Assembly (NCBI GenBank): GCA_964450435.1
Contig: CAYVCX010000003.1
Coordinates: forward strand, 56,221-120,220
From: an uncultured Anaerolineales bacterium
Lineage (GTDB): Bacteria; Chloroflexota; Anaerolineae; B4-G1
DNA: 64,000 nt
Reading direction: 5' to 3'
The position numbers were made by a program, and so were the translations under genes. The notes below the pieces were generated by a model. The model was not told the DNA's origin. It saw only the letters and a list, made by a program, of their open reading frames with translations, and did no database searches. Shown piece after piece: positions 17,401 to 27,313 of this stretch. Each line of letters begins with the position of its first letter. Within the stretch, counting starts at the first letter, position 1.

Positions 17401-18275
17401 GTGCGATGCTCGTCGCTGAGGGCGATCGCCGGCACAGCTTTGATGAGCGAAGGCTGGAGATCATCAGCGGTATCGCGCAGCAAGCCGCTATGGCCGTTCA
17501 GAACGACCTTCTCCAGCAAGAGATGACCGAGCGCGAGCGGCTGGAGCGCGAGCTTCAGTTGGCTCGTGAGATCCAGGAAACCTTCATGCCGGAGAGCCTG
17601 CCGGATCCGTCCGGCTGGGAACTGGCGGTGATGTGGCGGGCCGCTCGACAGGTGTCTGGTGACTTCTACGACGTCCTCGAATTGCCTGGAGAGAGGCTGG
17701 GTCTGGTCATCGCGGACGTGGCCGACAAGGGTATGCCAGCCGCGCTCTTCATGGCCCTTACCCGAACGTTGATGCGCGCGGCGGCTGTTGAACAACGTTC
17801 GCCGGCAGGCGCTCTGAAGCGGGTCAATGAGCTCTTGTTACCCGATGCCCAGCACGGCATGTTTGTGACCGGGTTGTATGCGATTCTGTCACTGCAAACA
17901 GGGGAGTTGGTGTACGCCAGTGCAGGGCATCATCCACCGCTGATTCATCGGTCTGGGGCACAGAAGGTGGAACGGCTTGCGAGAGGACAGACGGCCTTGG
18001 GAGTCTTGGACGATGTCCGGTTTCAGGAACACGGCACTGCGCTGGCAGCGGGGGACTCCATGATTCTTTATACTGACGGTATCACAGAGGCCCTTTCTTC
18101 GGACGGAGCGTTTTATGGGGAAGAGCGACTCCTGGAGGTCATCCGAGCCTCTGCTGGCAACAGCGCCGCCCAGGAGACTCTGGATGCTATTCTTAACAGC
18201 GTGATGGCGTTTGTCGGCGACACCCCCCCCTCCGACGACCTCACACTGATGGTCGTCCGGCGACAGAAGGAGTGA
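14421..18275 (+). CDS. multi-GAF-domain PP2C-family (SpoIIE/RsbU-type) serine phosphatase
   Basis: 1284 aa. Six repeated GAF-like units, each ending in ...LGVLDVQS...AIAIENARLY-like blocks. C-terminal PP2C/SpoIIE domain (VSGDFYDV...VIADVADKGMPAALFMAL...YTDGITEA). Confidence 0.8.
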   Translation: MPPVEPPRQTDGRRPTLFNGTRALGAQSSGYPEMNPVSNSSMRSEWRHLIELGRELMNQPRIARQQALILQAAADLVGARATLWLSEEVRGLPEAGDLASASESPSLMMRRALESASSVIEDGTIALPLRTPEGILGVLEAKRPEGPAFDDEELMLLQGLATQAATALQASRQVALERWRLDQLSLVRSVSAEVAAILDLDDLARRVTSLVLRAFKYYYVALFTLEPDQDTLLCRASAASLRSGVAGEERRPPTPSVRLGQGIVGHVAEVGQEIVAGDVSREPHYRHVDVLPETKSEAALPLKIEERVLGVLDVQSNQRERFDETDLLTLGALADQIAIAVENARLYSDLHRRADQLSAVSEVGRAVASVLDLDDLLGKVAVLIHEQFGYPFVHLYTIDPVRQKVVYRTGWPPNAPAVFEDGYPECSLADTEGIVAWVACHGETVLSNDLRADSRHRPSIASSVDARAQLAVPLAFGGEVLGVLDVQSDQQDAFSDDDRFVFETLADSVAIAIRNANLYQSERWRRQVADSMRDVAGLLSSGIELDEVLDAILTRLEELLPCDASAIWLLQDGILCLSAVHGTTERMCVNESLLDADAWLRRALLADQPIVRKPTAPIEPLGHALGFPPDYSAIAAPLRAGDRWLGLLVLAHRTPGRYGPESRTMTAAFASYASVAIENTRLYQTAQEQAYISTVLLQVAEATQSLVTLDEVLETVVRLMPMLVGVKRCALLLWDETSEEFLPVAACGLDHEQRHTFDRIRIKASEVPTLDQVRAVKDAVFVDVAADETWNSLPPPLGTFESPLLLPLLAHGEVLGAMVVDQQSDEFVREPDGMHEDRLTILRGVAYQAAAAAENARLLEARQEEAYVSAALLQVAQAVVSLNDLDTILEAIVRITPMLVGVEWCTIFLWSDEDGVFRPTKTYGGSPLSRPLARGEFPLLDAVRETNQPIVLDRRDEIDELVPGELMVQLLGETPRKIATLVAAPLSVKGSVMGAMLVAEGDRRHSFDERRLEIISGIAQQAAMAVQNDLLQQEMTERERLERELQLAREIQETFMPESLPDPSGWELAVMWRAARQVSGDFYDVLELPGERLGLVIADVADKGMPAALFMALTRTLMRAAAVEQRSPAGALKRVNELLLPDAQHGMFVTGLYAILSLQTGELVYASAGHHPPLIHRSGAQKVERLARGQTALGVLDDVRFQEHGTALAAGDSMILYTDGITEALSSDGAFYGEERLLEVIRASAGNSAAQETLDAILNSVMAFVGDTPPSDDLTLMVVRRQKE

Positions 18276-18398
18276 GTGCCCGCCAGCAGGCAGTCGGATC
18301 CTGGCGAGCGATGAGTCCAATGACGGCCCTTCGCGCAGGCCCGGGCTCTCTGGGAGGATACGGTCAGCGCTCTGACACACCCGCGAAGCGTGACTGCC

Positions 18399-18776
18399 CT
18401 ATTCGACGAAAATCTCTACCCTTTCCTTGTCCTCTGCATCCTCTACGTCGACGATCTTGCCTTCGGTGCCTGCCTGGAGTGCCCGCATCACTTCCTCCAG
18501 ATCTATCTCGTCGGGTGCAAACCGCGCGCCCATGTGCATGCCCACGTTGATCAGGTTCCAAGGCAAGTTGATGTTCACCTTGTTGCGGCCCGTTTCCAGG
18601 TCGGACACCCGAATGCGGAGCCGCCGCGGTTGCTGTGTCCGAACGACGGGCTCGCGGCTGACACGAGGCTCGTCTTCCTCCTTTAGGGCCCTCAGAAGCT
18701 GCGCACCCTCCTCTGCGCTTACCTGACCGCTCTGGACCATCTTCAGGATTTCCATTCTCTCTTCCGGTGTGACCAT
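18399..18776 (-). CDS. hypothetical protein with an N-terminal SHOCT/DUF1707-like helix
   Basis: 125 aa. The N-terminal block EERMEILKMVQSGQVSAEEGAQLLRALKE resembles SHOCT-like oligomerisation motifs. Confidence 0.5.
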   Translation of the reverse strand: MVTPEERMEILKMVQSGQVSAEEGAQLLRALKEEDEPRVSREPVVRTQQPRRLRIRVSDLETGRNKVNINLPWNLINVGMHMGARFAPDEIDLEEVMRALQAGTEGKIVDVEDAEDKERVEIFVE

Positions 18777-18972
18777 ATCGTACCTCCCGATGCGGATTGT
18801 AGCATAGCCTTCGCGGTTGGCAACTCAAGAGACTCGCCATCGAGAACGTACGCCGGGCAGCCTCCGACGACACCAGAGCTGATCTATCCCTGTTCGGTAG
18901 GTGAGCTTAGGATCCGGCGCCTCCTTCGGCGTGAGAGGCTGCCTGGGTTGCCATATACCTGCCGCCAGCGCG

Positions 18973-20091
18973 TCAGAGAGATATGGACGTCAGATCACGC
19001 GGGAACCTGGTCAGGGTCTCCGAGGCGTCTTGGGTGACGAGGACATCGTCCTCGATACGCACACCCCCCTTGCCCGGCATATAGACGCCTGGCTCGACGG
19101 TGAGGACCATACCGGCCCTCAGCCGGCGTCCGTTCCCTGCCACGATATATGGCGGCTCGTGGGTCTCCAGGCCCAGCCCATGACCGGTGCGGTGAACGAA
19201 ACAGTCTCCGTATCCGGCGTCGGTGATCACGTCCCGTGCAGCCCGGTCGACCTCCTCCGCGGGCACTCCAGGTGCTACCGCTGCCCGACCAGCCGCGTTG
19301 GCGGCGTGTACCGCCTCGTACACCTGAGACCATTCAGCGTCCAGCGCTTCGATGACGCAAGTACGGGTGATGTCCGCCGCGTAGCCCCCCAGGCTGGATC
19401 CACAGTCGATGATGATGGTCTCACCAGCTTGAACAGGACGGTCACTCGGCGTGGCGTGCGGCAAGGCCGCGTTGGGACCAGCTGCGACGATCGGTGAGAA
19501 AGCCACCGTGTCGGCACCTGCCTTTAGCAACTCAATCCTCAGCAACGAGGCGACCCGGCGCTCGGACATTCCCACCGCGATCTGGTCCATCGTCGCGCGG
19601 AGTGCCTTCTCGGTGAGCGCGGCGGCAGAGCGCATTTGACCTGTCTCCTCCTCATCCTTACAGACGCGGAGATCGAACAACACGTCCCCGGCCGGTACCA
19701 GCCGGGAGCCGACCGCGTGTCGTTCGAGGAGGTGTGCCTCCATCAAACGCATGCCCAGACCCTCAGCGCCTATCGTGGACCCGCTTAGGTCCAGCGCGTT
19801 GCAGGCTTCCCGAAATGCAGCGTCGTGGCCCGTCTCGTCGCTGTAGGAGAAAACGGCCATTCCACCTTGCTCCTCAACCCTGACCGCCTCCAGGTGAGGA
19901 AGAATGAGTGCAGGCTTACCGTCGGCAGGGAAGAGCGCAACGATGGGCCGCTCACTCAGATGGAATGAGTGGCCTGTAAGATAGAAGAGATTTGGTCCTG
20001 GTACGAGCGCCACTGCATCGAGATGGTTCGTACGCATGCCCTCGACAAGGCGTTGGCGACGTTCTGAATACACTGATGCCTCCCCAATCAT
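18973..20091 (-). CDS. M24 family Xaa-Pro aminopeptidase/dipeptidase
   Basis: Pita-bread metal ligands (IIDCGSSLGGYAADITRT, HRTGHGLGLETHE, VEPGVY, RIEDDVLVT). The ORF as listed extends to 20175; the start is more likely the internal ATG at 20091. Confidence 0.8.
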   Translation of the reverse strand: MIGEASVYSERRQRLVEGMRTNHLDAVALVPGPNLFYLTGHSFHLSERPIVALFPADGKPALILPHLEAVRVEEQGGMAVFSYSDETGHDAAFREACNALDLSGSTIGAEGLGMRLMEAHLLERHAVGSRLVPAGDVLFDLRVCKDEEETGQMRSAAALTEKALRATMDQIAVGMSERRVASLLRIELLKAGADTVAFSPIVAAGPNAALPHATPSDRPVQAGETIIIDCGSSLGGYAADITRTCVIEALDAEWSQVYEAVHAANAAGRAAVAPGVPAEEVDRAARDVITDAGYGDCFVHRTGHGLGLETHEPPYIVAGNGRRLRAGMVLTVEPGVYMPGKGGVRIEDDVLVTQDASETLTRFPRDLTSISL

Positions 20092-20222
20092 CGTGCAGCG
20101 GGACCTTGCCCAGAAGCTCCGGCCTGCTGGATTCTGGTGAAGACTAGCTGTTGGTGAGAGCCATTCTATCCTCATCAGCGACGTGGGTCAAGTGCTCGGC
20201 ACCACGACTCAGGGTCTTACCG

Positions 20223-20251
20223 TTGCTCCACTGACTGCCCGATGGTATAAT
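20223..20251 (+). promoter_or_regulatory. extended -10 sigma-A promoter giving a leaderless mRNA
   Basis: TTGCTC, a 17-nt spacer, then TGGTATAAT (20243-20251). ATG codons at 20259 and 20262 lie 7-10 nt after the -10. The ORF-track ATG at 20250 overlaps the -10 itself and is unlikely to be the real start. Confidence 0.45.
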
Positions 20252-20258
20252 GCCCGCC

Positions 20259-21815
20259 ATGATGAGTCGCTGGACTGCCCTTCTACTGCTCCTCGGCCTG
20301 GTGGCCTGTGGCCCCCGCTCTGAAACTTGCACGATCACCCTGGTCGCCGATGGCGCGAGCCGTGAGATCACCACGGAGGCGCTCACTGTTCAGGACTTGC
20401 TGGACGAGGCGGAGATCACCCTCGACGCTGAAGACCGCGTCACCCCTGTGGAACCGACCCTTCTGAGGGACGGCATGACCGTTCGCGTCGTCCGCGTCTC
20501 GACACACATCGAGACAGAGAATCGCCAGATACCATTCGACCGGCGGACCGTCCACGACACTTCAGTCCCCGCGGGCGAGACGCAGCTCTTGGAGCCGGGG
20601 GTCACTGGCGTGGAAGAACTGACCTACCGGATTGTGCTTGAGGATGAGATTGAGGTCGATCGGCGGCTGGTGCGGCGGGTCACAGTACGCGAGCCCCGCA
20701 CCGAGGTCATCTTGGTCGGAGCCCAGCTGGATCGGAGACCGATCTCCGTCACCGGCACGATCGCCTACATCTCCAATTACAATGCTTGGGAAATCCGCAC
20801 GAGGAGCCCCAATCAGCGCCGTCTCACGGACGGAGGAGATCTCGATGGTCGTGTCTTCGCCCTTTCTCCTGATGGCTCCCATCTCCTCTTCACCCGAGCA
20901 CCAACGGACACCGAAAAAAGCCTCGTCAACACCTTCTGGCTCTTCGACACCTCTGTCGTTGACGTTGAGCCGGTTCGGTTGAGCGTGGACAATGTCCTTT
21001 GGGCAGAATGGGAGCCCAACTGCTATGCCACAAGGTCGGGCACCACCTGTCGCATCGCCTTCACAACCGGGACGAAGGCCGAGGGCAACCCGGGTTGGCA
21101 CGCCAACAACGATCTATGGATTGCGCGGCTTGATCCCGGCACTGGTGAGTTGATGGCCGAGCGTGAGGTTCTTGAACCTGGAGGTGGCGGACCCTACGGA
21201 TGGTGGGGTACTACCTACGCCTGGTCTCCTGACGGGGCGAGCCTGGCTTACGCCCGGGCGGACGAAGTAGGTGTCGTATCCGTAGACGACGGCCAGGAGA
21301 GACCTCTGGCCCGCTTCCCACCATACCGTACGTATGCCCCCTGGGCCTGGACGCCCGGCCTCGACTGGTCGCCTGAGGGGGAGTTCATCGTCACGGTGCT
21401 GCATGGACCTGACCCGGCTGGACAGCCACCTGAAGACAGCCCCGTCTTCGATATCTGGGCTCTGGCCGCCGACGGGACGATCACTGCTCAGCTCGCCAGC
21501 GAGGTTGGCATGTGGTCGACGCCGACTTTCGCGCCAGACGCCCAGTATATCGCGTTTGGGCGGTCCCGCAGTCCCTATGCCAGCCACACCAGCACCTATG
21601 ATATCTACACGATGGACCGTGACGGGTCGGATCAAAGACTCATTTTCCCACCCGGCGACGAGATAGGACCGCAGTATCCCATGGTTAGCTGGGGACCAGG
21701 AGGTGGTCAGTTCATCGTCGTGTACCAGGAGAACCTGTATCTCATCCAGGTCCCGGAGGGCAACGTCTATCAGCTTACTGACAACGGAGGCGTGACTGCA
21801 GCCCGATGGCGTTAG
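20259..21815 (+). CDS. lipoprotein with a DUF348-G5 module and a C-terminal PD40/TolB-like beta-propeller
   Basis: Lipobox LLLLLGLVAC. DUF348-like ITLVADG...TVQDLLDEA followed by G5-like IPFDRRTVHDTSVPAG...VTGVEEL. C-terminal repeats WSPDGASLAY, WSPEGEF and YIAFGRS resemble PD40 blades. Confidence 0.7.
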   Translation: MMSRWTALLLLLGLVACGPRSETCTITLVADGASREITTEALTVQDLLDEAEITLDAEDRVTPVEPTLLRDGMTVRVVRVSTHIETENRQIPFDRRTVHDTSVPAGETQLLEPGVTGVEELTYRIVLEDEIEVDRRLVRRVTVREPRTEVILVGAQLDRRPISVTGTIAYISNYNAWEIRTRSPNQRRLTDGGDLDGRVFALSPDGSHLLFTRAPTDTEKSLVNTFWLFDTSVVDVEPVRLSVDNVLWAEWEPNCYATRSGTTCRIAFTTGTKAEGNPGWHANNDLWIARLDPGTGELMAEREVLEPGGGGPYGWWGTTYAWSPDGASLAYARADEVGVVSVDDGQERPLARFPPYRTYAPWAWTPGLDWSPEGEFIVTVLHGPDPAGQPPEDSPVFDIWALAADGTITAQLASEVGMWSTPTFAPDAQYIAFGRSRSPYASHTSTYDIYTMDRDGSDQRLIFPPGDEIGPQYPMVSWGPGGGQFIVVYQENLYLIQVPEGNVYQLTDNGGVTAARWR

Positions 21816-21840
21816 CGAGCTGCGGCAGAGCGGGGCACCG

Positions 21841-23856
21841 ATGAACCGGCGAGCGTGTCTGTGGTCACGTGTCTGCTTGATTGGTATGTCGGTGAGCGTG
21901 CTCCTCATCGGTGCAGTCCTGGGCATTCGGTGGCACCTCTTGCGCCAGCTCACCACCGAGTGCTACACCCCCCTTACTGGTGAGGCCGAGTGGGAAGGTG
22001 ACTGGGAATTCTCCGACCAGGGCGCTGATCCCAGCCCGGCAGGCAGTGCCGCAGGAGCCGATCGCGTCACCATCCCATTTTCGGGCAGTGAACTTGCTCT
22101 CCGCGTGCGAAGGGGAAGCTACCGAGCCTACCTGTGGGTCAGCGTTGACGGCGAGCCGGCCAACCGACTTCCCCGCACGGAGCGGGGCGCCTACCTCGTG
22201 CTCAGCGCGCCCGACTACAATCCCCACGTGACAGCTATTTCCGTGGCTGGCGGCCTCGACGACGGCGTGCACACTGCGGAGGTCGTGGCCGATCTCGGTT
22301 CGGGTCAGTGGCCGCTGGCTGGCTGGTGTGTCAGCCGCGGGCCAGATGTGCTTCGTCTCGAGGGTCTCTTGCACGCCCTGGCCGGCACACTCGTCTTCTG
22401 TCTCATTGGGGCCGTCGGATGGGGGGTGGTATGGGCGCACAGGGCCACGAACCTGAGAGACAGGAACATCCCTTTGTCATTATCGTGCATCCGCTGTCCA
22501 CGGCAGCTTCCTGCCTCGGTTCTCCAATCTCCGATCTCAATGGCGATCGCGGTCGCGCTCTTCTACGCCTCCCCATGGCCTGCTGTCACACTGGTCAGCG
22601 GCGTGACGTTGGCTGCCGTTATCCTTATGCGCCTTGACCTCGGCCTGGCACTCGTAGCGTTCAGTGCCCCGTTCTACCTGCATCCCCGTCCGCTTCTTGG
22701 GAAGTCGTTCTCGATGGCGGAGATCACCTTGCTGCTTTGCTTGGTATCCTGGGGGGTAAGGCACGTTCAGCGGCCCGTCCCTCGGTCTTTGGCCGGTTTT
22801 CTTCGAAGGCTTTCTTCTCTCGATCTGGCTGTCCTGTTCCTGGTGCTGACCGCTGCCGCTTCTACTGTCTTCGCTGAGCACACTCGCGTTGCGTTCCGCG
22901 AGCTGCGCGTCGTCATCGTCGAGCCGGCACTATTCTATCTTATGCTGCGGACATCCAAGCCCGGGGGGGGGAGTCTGTGGGGCGTCGTGGACGCCTTCGT
23001 GGTCGGAGCTGGTCTCGTGGCTCTGATTGGCTTGGTCCAGTACGCTCTCGACATTAACATTATCACCGCTGAACAGGGTTTCCGCCGCCTTCGCTCTGTC
23101 TATGGCTCGCCAAACAACGCCGCCCTCTATCTGGGGAGAGCACTCCCTGTGCTTCTAGCCGTTGCCCGGTTCGGCGCAGAACGCCGCCGGCGCGTAGCCT
23201 ATGGCCTCCTGGCGGTGCCATCCGCAGTCGCCCTTTTGCTCACCTTCTCGCGCGCTGCGATTCTCCTTGGAGTCCCGGCTTCGCTGCTGACCCTGGCGGT
23301 GCTGGTCCGTGGACGGTGGCGCTGGATCGCACTGGGCCTGCTTGTTGTGTCTGCGCTTGTGGTAATCCCCTTGCTGGGCACCCCCCGCTTTGCGGGCCTC
23401 TTGGATCCTGGCTCTGGCACCCTCTTCTTTCGGGTTCACCTCTGGCACGCGTCGTGGAACATGTTCCGGGAGCATCCCTGGCTGGGCGTTGGTCCGGACA
23501 ACTTCCTGTACCAGTATCGGGGGCGGTATATCCTTCCTGCTGCTTGGCGAGAACCGCACCTCTCGCACGCACACAACCTCCTGCTCAGCTATGCCACAAG
23601 GCTGGGAATCGTGGGTGCTGCGGCTGCCATATGCCTCCAGATTGCTTTTTGGCGGCGCGCTTTGATGCTGACCAAGAGCGTAGACCCTGACCACCGCGCG
23701 TTGGCCCTTGGCCTGACGGGATCAATGGCCTACACCCTGGCCCACGGCATGGTCGATGCTTCCTTCTTCTTTATCGATCTAGCTTTTGCTTTCCTTCTGG
23801 CGCTGGGTCTGGTAGAATGGGTGGTAAGGAGTGAGACGCATGAACGGAAAGAGTAA
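21841..23856 (+). CDS. O-antigen ligase/polymerase (Wzy/WaaL) family membrane protein with a large N-terminal extracytoplasmic domain
   Basis: 671 aa. The C-terminal half is polytopic with an O-antigen-ligase-like motif (LLTFSRAAILLG...HAHNLLLSYATRLGIVG). The N-terminal region of about 300 aa is not membrane-like. Confidence 0.65.
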   Translation: MNRRACLWSRVCLIGMSVSVLLIGAVLGIRWHLLRQLTTECYTPLTGEAEWEGDWEFSDQGADPSPAGSAAGADRVTIPFSGSELALRVRRGSYRAYLWVSVDGEPANRLPRTERGAYLVLSAPDYNPHVTAISVAGGLDDGVHTAEVVADLGSGQWPLAGWCVSRGPDVLRLEGLLHALAGTLVFCLIGAVGWGVVWAHRATNLRDRNIPLSLSCIRCPRQLPASVLQSPISMAIAVALFYASPWPAVTLVSGVTLAAVILMRLDLGLALVAFSAPFYLHPRPLLGKSFSMAEITLLLCLVSWGVRHVQRPVPRSLAGFLRRLSSLDLAVLFLVLTAAASTVFAEHTRVAFRELRVVIVEPALFYLMLRTSKPGGGSLWGVVDAFVVGAGLVALIGLVQYALDINIITAEQGFRRLRSVYGSPNNAALYLGRALPVLLAVARFGAERRRRVAYGLLAVPSAVALLLTFSRAAILLGVPASLLTLAVLVRGRWRWIALGLLVVSALVVIPLLGTPRFAGLLDPGSGTLFFRVHLWHASWNMFREHPWLGVGPDNFLYQYRGRYILPAAWREPHLSHAHNLLLSYATRLGIVGAAAAICLQIAFWRRALMLTKSVDPDHRALALGLTGSMAYTLAHGMVDASFFFIDLAFAFLLALGLVEWVVRSETHERKE

Positions 23857-24493
23857 GCTGAACACAATCATCCTGACGCTGATCTTCATCGCCATTGTGG
23901 CAGTGGGGCTGGTTACTGTCTGGTCGATTCGACAGGTGACCCAGCCCCTGGCAGAGGCTGAGCGGGCAATTCAGAATCAGCTTGAGCAGATCAGGAATCC
24001 TACTCCCACCATCATACCTGACCCAGTGACGATCGTGCGTGAAGTGCGGAGCCTTGGGCGGCTGGAGACCGCCGCCTATACAGTGCAGAAAATCATCACT
24101 GCGGAGAGCCGACAGGGCCCTTTCGCCTTTCTCATCGGTGACCGGTTGATCCTCGTTGCGCACGGTCAGGTCATCGCAGGCGTCGATCTGGACAAGCTCG
24201 AGGAGAGCGACGTCGTCGTCGACCAAGCGGGCGGCGTACGGGTTACATTGCCCGAGGCTGAGGTGTTCGTGACTGTCCTGGACAACGAGCAGTCCCACAT
24301 CTTCGACCGCGATACGGGCGTCGTGGGGATGAATGTGGAGCTGGAATCGGAGGCGCGACGGGCCGCCGAGGAGGAGATTCTGAACGCTGCCCTCGAAGAC
24401 GGTATCCTCGACATGGCCGAGAGCAACGCCGCCCTATACGTCCGGCATCTGCTCCTGGCCTTGCGCTTCAAGGAGGTTGATGTCAGCTACTAA
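23831..24493 (+). CDS. DUF4230 family membrane-anchored protein
   Basis: N-terminal TM helix, then YTVQKIITAES...LVAHGQVIAGVDLDKLEESDVVVD...EEEILNAALEDGIL, the usual DUF4230 architecture. Confidence 0.55.
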   Translation: MRRMNGKSKLNTIILTLIFIAIVAVGLVTVWSIRQVTQPLAEAERAIQNQLEQIRNPTPTIIPDPVTIVREVRSLGRLETAAYTVQKIITAESRQGPFAFLIGDRLILVAHGQVIAGVDLDKLEESDVVVDQAGGVRVTLPEAEVFVTVLDNEQSHIFDRDTGVVGMNVELESEARRAAEEEILNAALEDGILDMAESNAALYVRHLLLALRFKEVDVSY

Positions 24494-24793
24494 GCGGCGT
24501 CTGGTCGCCAACGACGGATGTGGTGGAAACTCAGACAATGTTGCGATGCTGGAATTGCTCGGGGATTGCGTTGCCGACGCCACACCCATCTTCTCCCCAT
24601 CGCAGCATCGCCCGTCTCGGTCACGACGGCGTGGCTGTTGCGACCTCGAGAACCCGCAGGGCACTGATGCGGAATGACGGCGGCGAACGAGGCGAGGAGC
24701 GCCGACTGGGCCTCCCGGCGCTGCGCAGCTCGCACGCTTAACGTGTAGTCACTTAGCTGGACTCCCATAGACCAGGAGAAGAAGGAGCAGGAT

Positions 24794-25735
24794 ATGCGCA
24801 TCCTCATCACCGGTGGAGCTGGCTTCATCGGCTCTCACCTCTGCGATCGACTGCTGGACGCGGGTCACGACGTGATTGCCATGGACAACCTGATGACTGG
24901 CACTGTGGACAACATCGCCCACTTGTGCGGAAACCAGCGCTTCCACTTCATCAAGCACGACGTGACGGACTATATCTTCGTTGAGGGGGCGCTCGATGCC
25001 GTACTCCACCTGGCGAGCTTGCCCAGCCCGGTCGACTATCTCAACTACCCGATTCAGACGCTTAAAGTCGGGGCGCTTGGCACTCACAAGACCTTGGGCC
25101 TGGCAATGACGAAGGGCGCGCGCTATCTATTGGCTTCCACGTCCGAGGTCTACGGGGACCCGCTGGAGCATCCTCAGACGGAAGACTACTGGGGCAACGT
25201 CAACCCGATTGGCCCCCGCGGAGTCTACGACGAGAGCAAGCGCTTCGCTGAGGCGCTTGTCATGGCCTATCACCGGTACCACGGCGTGGATACCCGAATT
25301 GCCCGAATCTTCAACACCTATGGACCGAGAATGCGGATGAATGACGGTCGCGTGGTGCCCAACTTCGTCGGCCAGGCGCTGCGCGGAGAACCACTCACCG
25401 TGTACGATAAAGGACAGCGTACGCGTTCCTTCTGCTATGTCAGCGATCAGGTCGAGGGGCTGGTAAAGCTGCTTTTCTCCCAGGAGATCGAGCCAGTAAA
25501 CATCGGCAACCCCGATGAGATGACCATACTCGAGTTTGCGCACCGGGTGCTGGAGGTGACGGCCAGCGACTCCGCGATCACTTTTGTGGAACCTGCCGAC
25601 GCGCGCACAGCTGACGATCCCCAGGTGCGTTGTCCGGACATCAGCAAGGCGCGGCGGGTACTTGGATGGTTCCCGAGGGTCTCGCTTGAGCAGGGGCTCA
25701 AGCGCACCGCTGAGTTCTTCCGGGAGCAGATGTGA
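24794..25735 (+). CDS. UDP-glucuronate decarboxylase (UDP-xylose synthase) / NAD-dependent epimerase-dehydratase
   Basis: [20 protein letters not shown] Rossmann motif; YDESKRFAE (YxxxK); strong UXS-like sequence throughout. 313 aa. Confidence 0.85.
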   Translation: MRILITGGAGFIGSHLCDRLLDAGHDVIAMDNLMTGTVDNIAHLCGNQRFHFIKHDVTDYIFVEGALDAVLHLASLPSPVDYLNYPIQTLKVGALGTHKTLGLAMTKGARYLLASTSEVYGDPLEHPQTEDYWGNVNPIGPRGVYDESKRFAEALVMAYHRYHGVDTRIARIFNTYGPRMRMNDGRVVPNFVGQALRGEPLTVYDKGQRTRSFCYVSDQVEGLVKLLFSQEIEPVNIGNPDEMTILEFAHRVLEVTASDSAITFVEPADARTADDPQVRCPDISKARRVLGWFPRVSLEQGLKRTAEFFREQM

Positions 25736-27312
25736 GGCTACTGCCGGCTCGACATCCCCTGGGCTGGCCCGGGCTCACGGGAACTCTGCTGATGTTGGGA
25801 GTAGCTGTTCTTGCCGGCGTGATGCTGATCTGGCTGTCGCCTCTTCAAGCACTCGCCTGCGTGGGGCTCTTGGCGGTTTTTGTTGGAGCTGTGATCGAAC
25901 CCTTCGTCGGATTGTCAGCCGCACTGTTCTTGGGACCCTTGAAGGCATACCTGAGTGCCCAGGTTCCCCAGATCCCGGCTCAGATCGCTCACGTCTTCCT
26001 TGTCTTGGCTTTCGGGTCCTGGTTGGCACAACGCCTTTCGCGGCGCGATGTGCAGGTCCGCCGGTCAATGCTGCTCTTTGCGCTTCTCGTCTTCGTCGGA
26101 GCCGTACTCCTTTCCCTGTGGGATGCCACGGGCCTGGTTGCTTTTGGGGTACCTGAGTTGGTCAAGTGGCTGCAGATTGTGCTGGTCTCCGTTTTCGTCA
26201 GTCAGCACCTCGGCGCGGAGACAGGAGGGCATTCACCGAGTGTAGAGTCCTGCCTGAGGTCTCGACGTCTGCGCTGGGCAGTGATCACCGTGCTGGGAGT
26301 CGGGCTCTTTCAGGCTGGCGTAGGTATCTGGCAGTTCGGCCTGCGGGGCAGCGGCCCGGAGCATTTCGCCATCTTGGATGGCGAGTTCTTCCGCGCGTAC
26401 GGCACTTTCCAGCAGCCAAATCCGTACGCCGGATACCTGGGCTTGACGGCGGCTCTGGCCCTGGGGGTGGTGGCGGATGGAGTGCGGGTGAAGCTGGTGG
26501 ACTGGCACCCTCGTCTTGTCGGAAATGGCCCCACCGCTGAAGCGTCTGCCGATCTGCCGGGCGTGCAAGGTGCTGGCCTTGAACTCTCTCTCTTTGCCGT
26601 AGGCGCAGGTCTGACGATGCTCGTTGCCCTGGCCGCGTCGTGGAGTCGCGGAGCCTGGATAGGATTCGCGGCGGCGACCCTGGTAATGGCCGGTGCCCTG
26701 CCGCGTAGGGCGGGATGGGGAGTGCTTCTCGTGGGGCTGCTTGCCATCGGCGGTGCTGTGCTCTATGTTTCTGGGCAGTTGCCGGTGTCGTTCACCGCTC
26801 GCCTGACCAGTTTTGTGCAGGACATCCAGTTCACGGACGTGCGGGGCGTGCCGATCAGCGACGCCAACTACGCCGTCATCGAGCGCCTCGCTCACTGGCA
26901 GGCGGCGCTGTCGATGTTCCGTTACAATCTGTGGGCCGGGGTTGGCTTTGGCTGTTACGAGGCAGCCTATCCCACTTTCGCTCTCATCGACTGGCCGATC
27001 GCCCTGGGGCATGCGCATAACTACTATCTGAATCTGGCGGCCGAGACGGGTCTGATCGGGTTGCTGGCCTATGGGTCCCTCTGGGGCGTGATCTTCTGGA
27101 AGACCTGGTGTGTCACCCGTTCCGCGCGGGGGTTGACGCGCGGCCTTGCTGTGGGGCTCCTGGGCTCGTGGACGCACATAAGCGTACACCACCTTCTCGA
27201 CAACCTTTACGTCAACAATACTCATCTTCAGGTCGGGGTCCTATTCGGTATGCTGGCTTTCGGCGTTGGACAGACAAGTGAGATGGGGGTTCTTGGTGAT
27301 CGGAAAGCTTGA
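25732..27312 (+). CDS. O-antigen ligase family membrane protein
   Basis: Polytopic. [18 protein letters not shown] and [22 protein letters not shown] are O-antigen ligase (Wzy_C) motifs. Confidence 0.7.
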   Translation: MRLLPARHPLGWPGLTGTLLMLGVAVLAGVMLIWLSPLQALACVGLLAVFVGAVIEPFVGLSAALFLGPLKAYLSAQVPQIPAQIAHVFLVLAFGSWLAQRLSRRDVQVRRSMLLFALLVFVGAVLLSLWDATGLVAFGVPELVKWLQIVLVSVFVSQHLGAETGGHSPSVESCLRSRRLRWAVITVLGVGLFQAGVGIWQFGLRGSGPEHFAILDGEFFRAYGTFQQPNPYAGYLGLTAALALGVVADGVRVKLVDWHPRLVGNGPTAEASADLPGVQGAGLELSLFAVGAGLTMLVALAASWSRGAWIGFAAATLVMAGALPRRAGWGVLLVGLLAIGGAVLYVSGQLPVSFTARLTSFVQDIQFTDVRGVPISDANYAVIERLAHWQAALSMFRYNLWAGVGFGCYEAAYPTFALIDWPIALGHAHNYYLNLAAETGLIGLLAYGSLWGVIFWKTWCVTRSARGLTRGLAVGLLGSWTHISVHHLLDNLYVNNTHLQVGVLFGMLAFGVGQTSEMGVLGDRKA

Positions 27313-27313
27313 G

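Noticed and set aside
26233-27225. 330-aa minus-strand ORF
   Set aside because: Antisense to the O-antigen-ligase-family gene. A shadow ORF.
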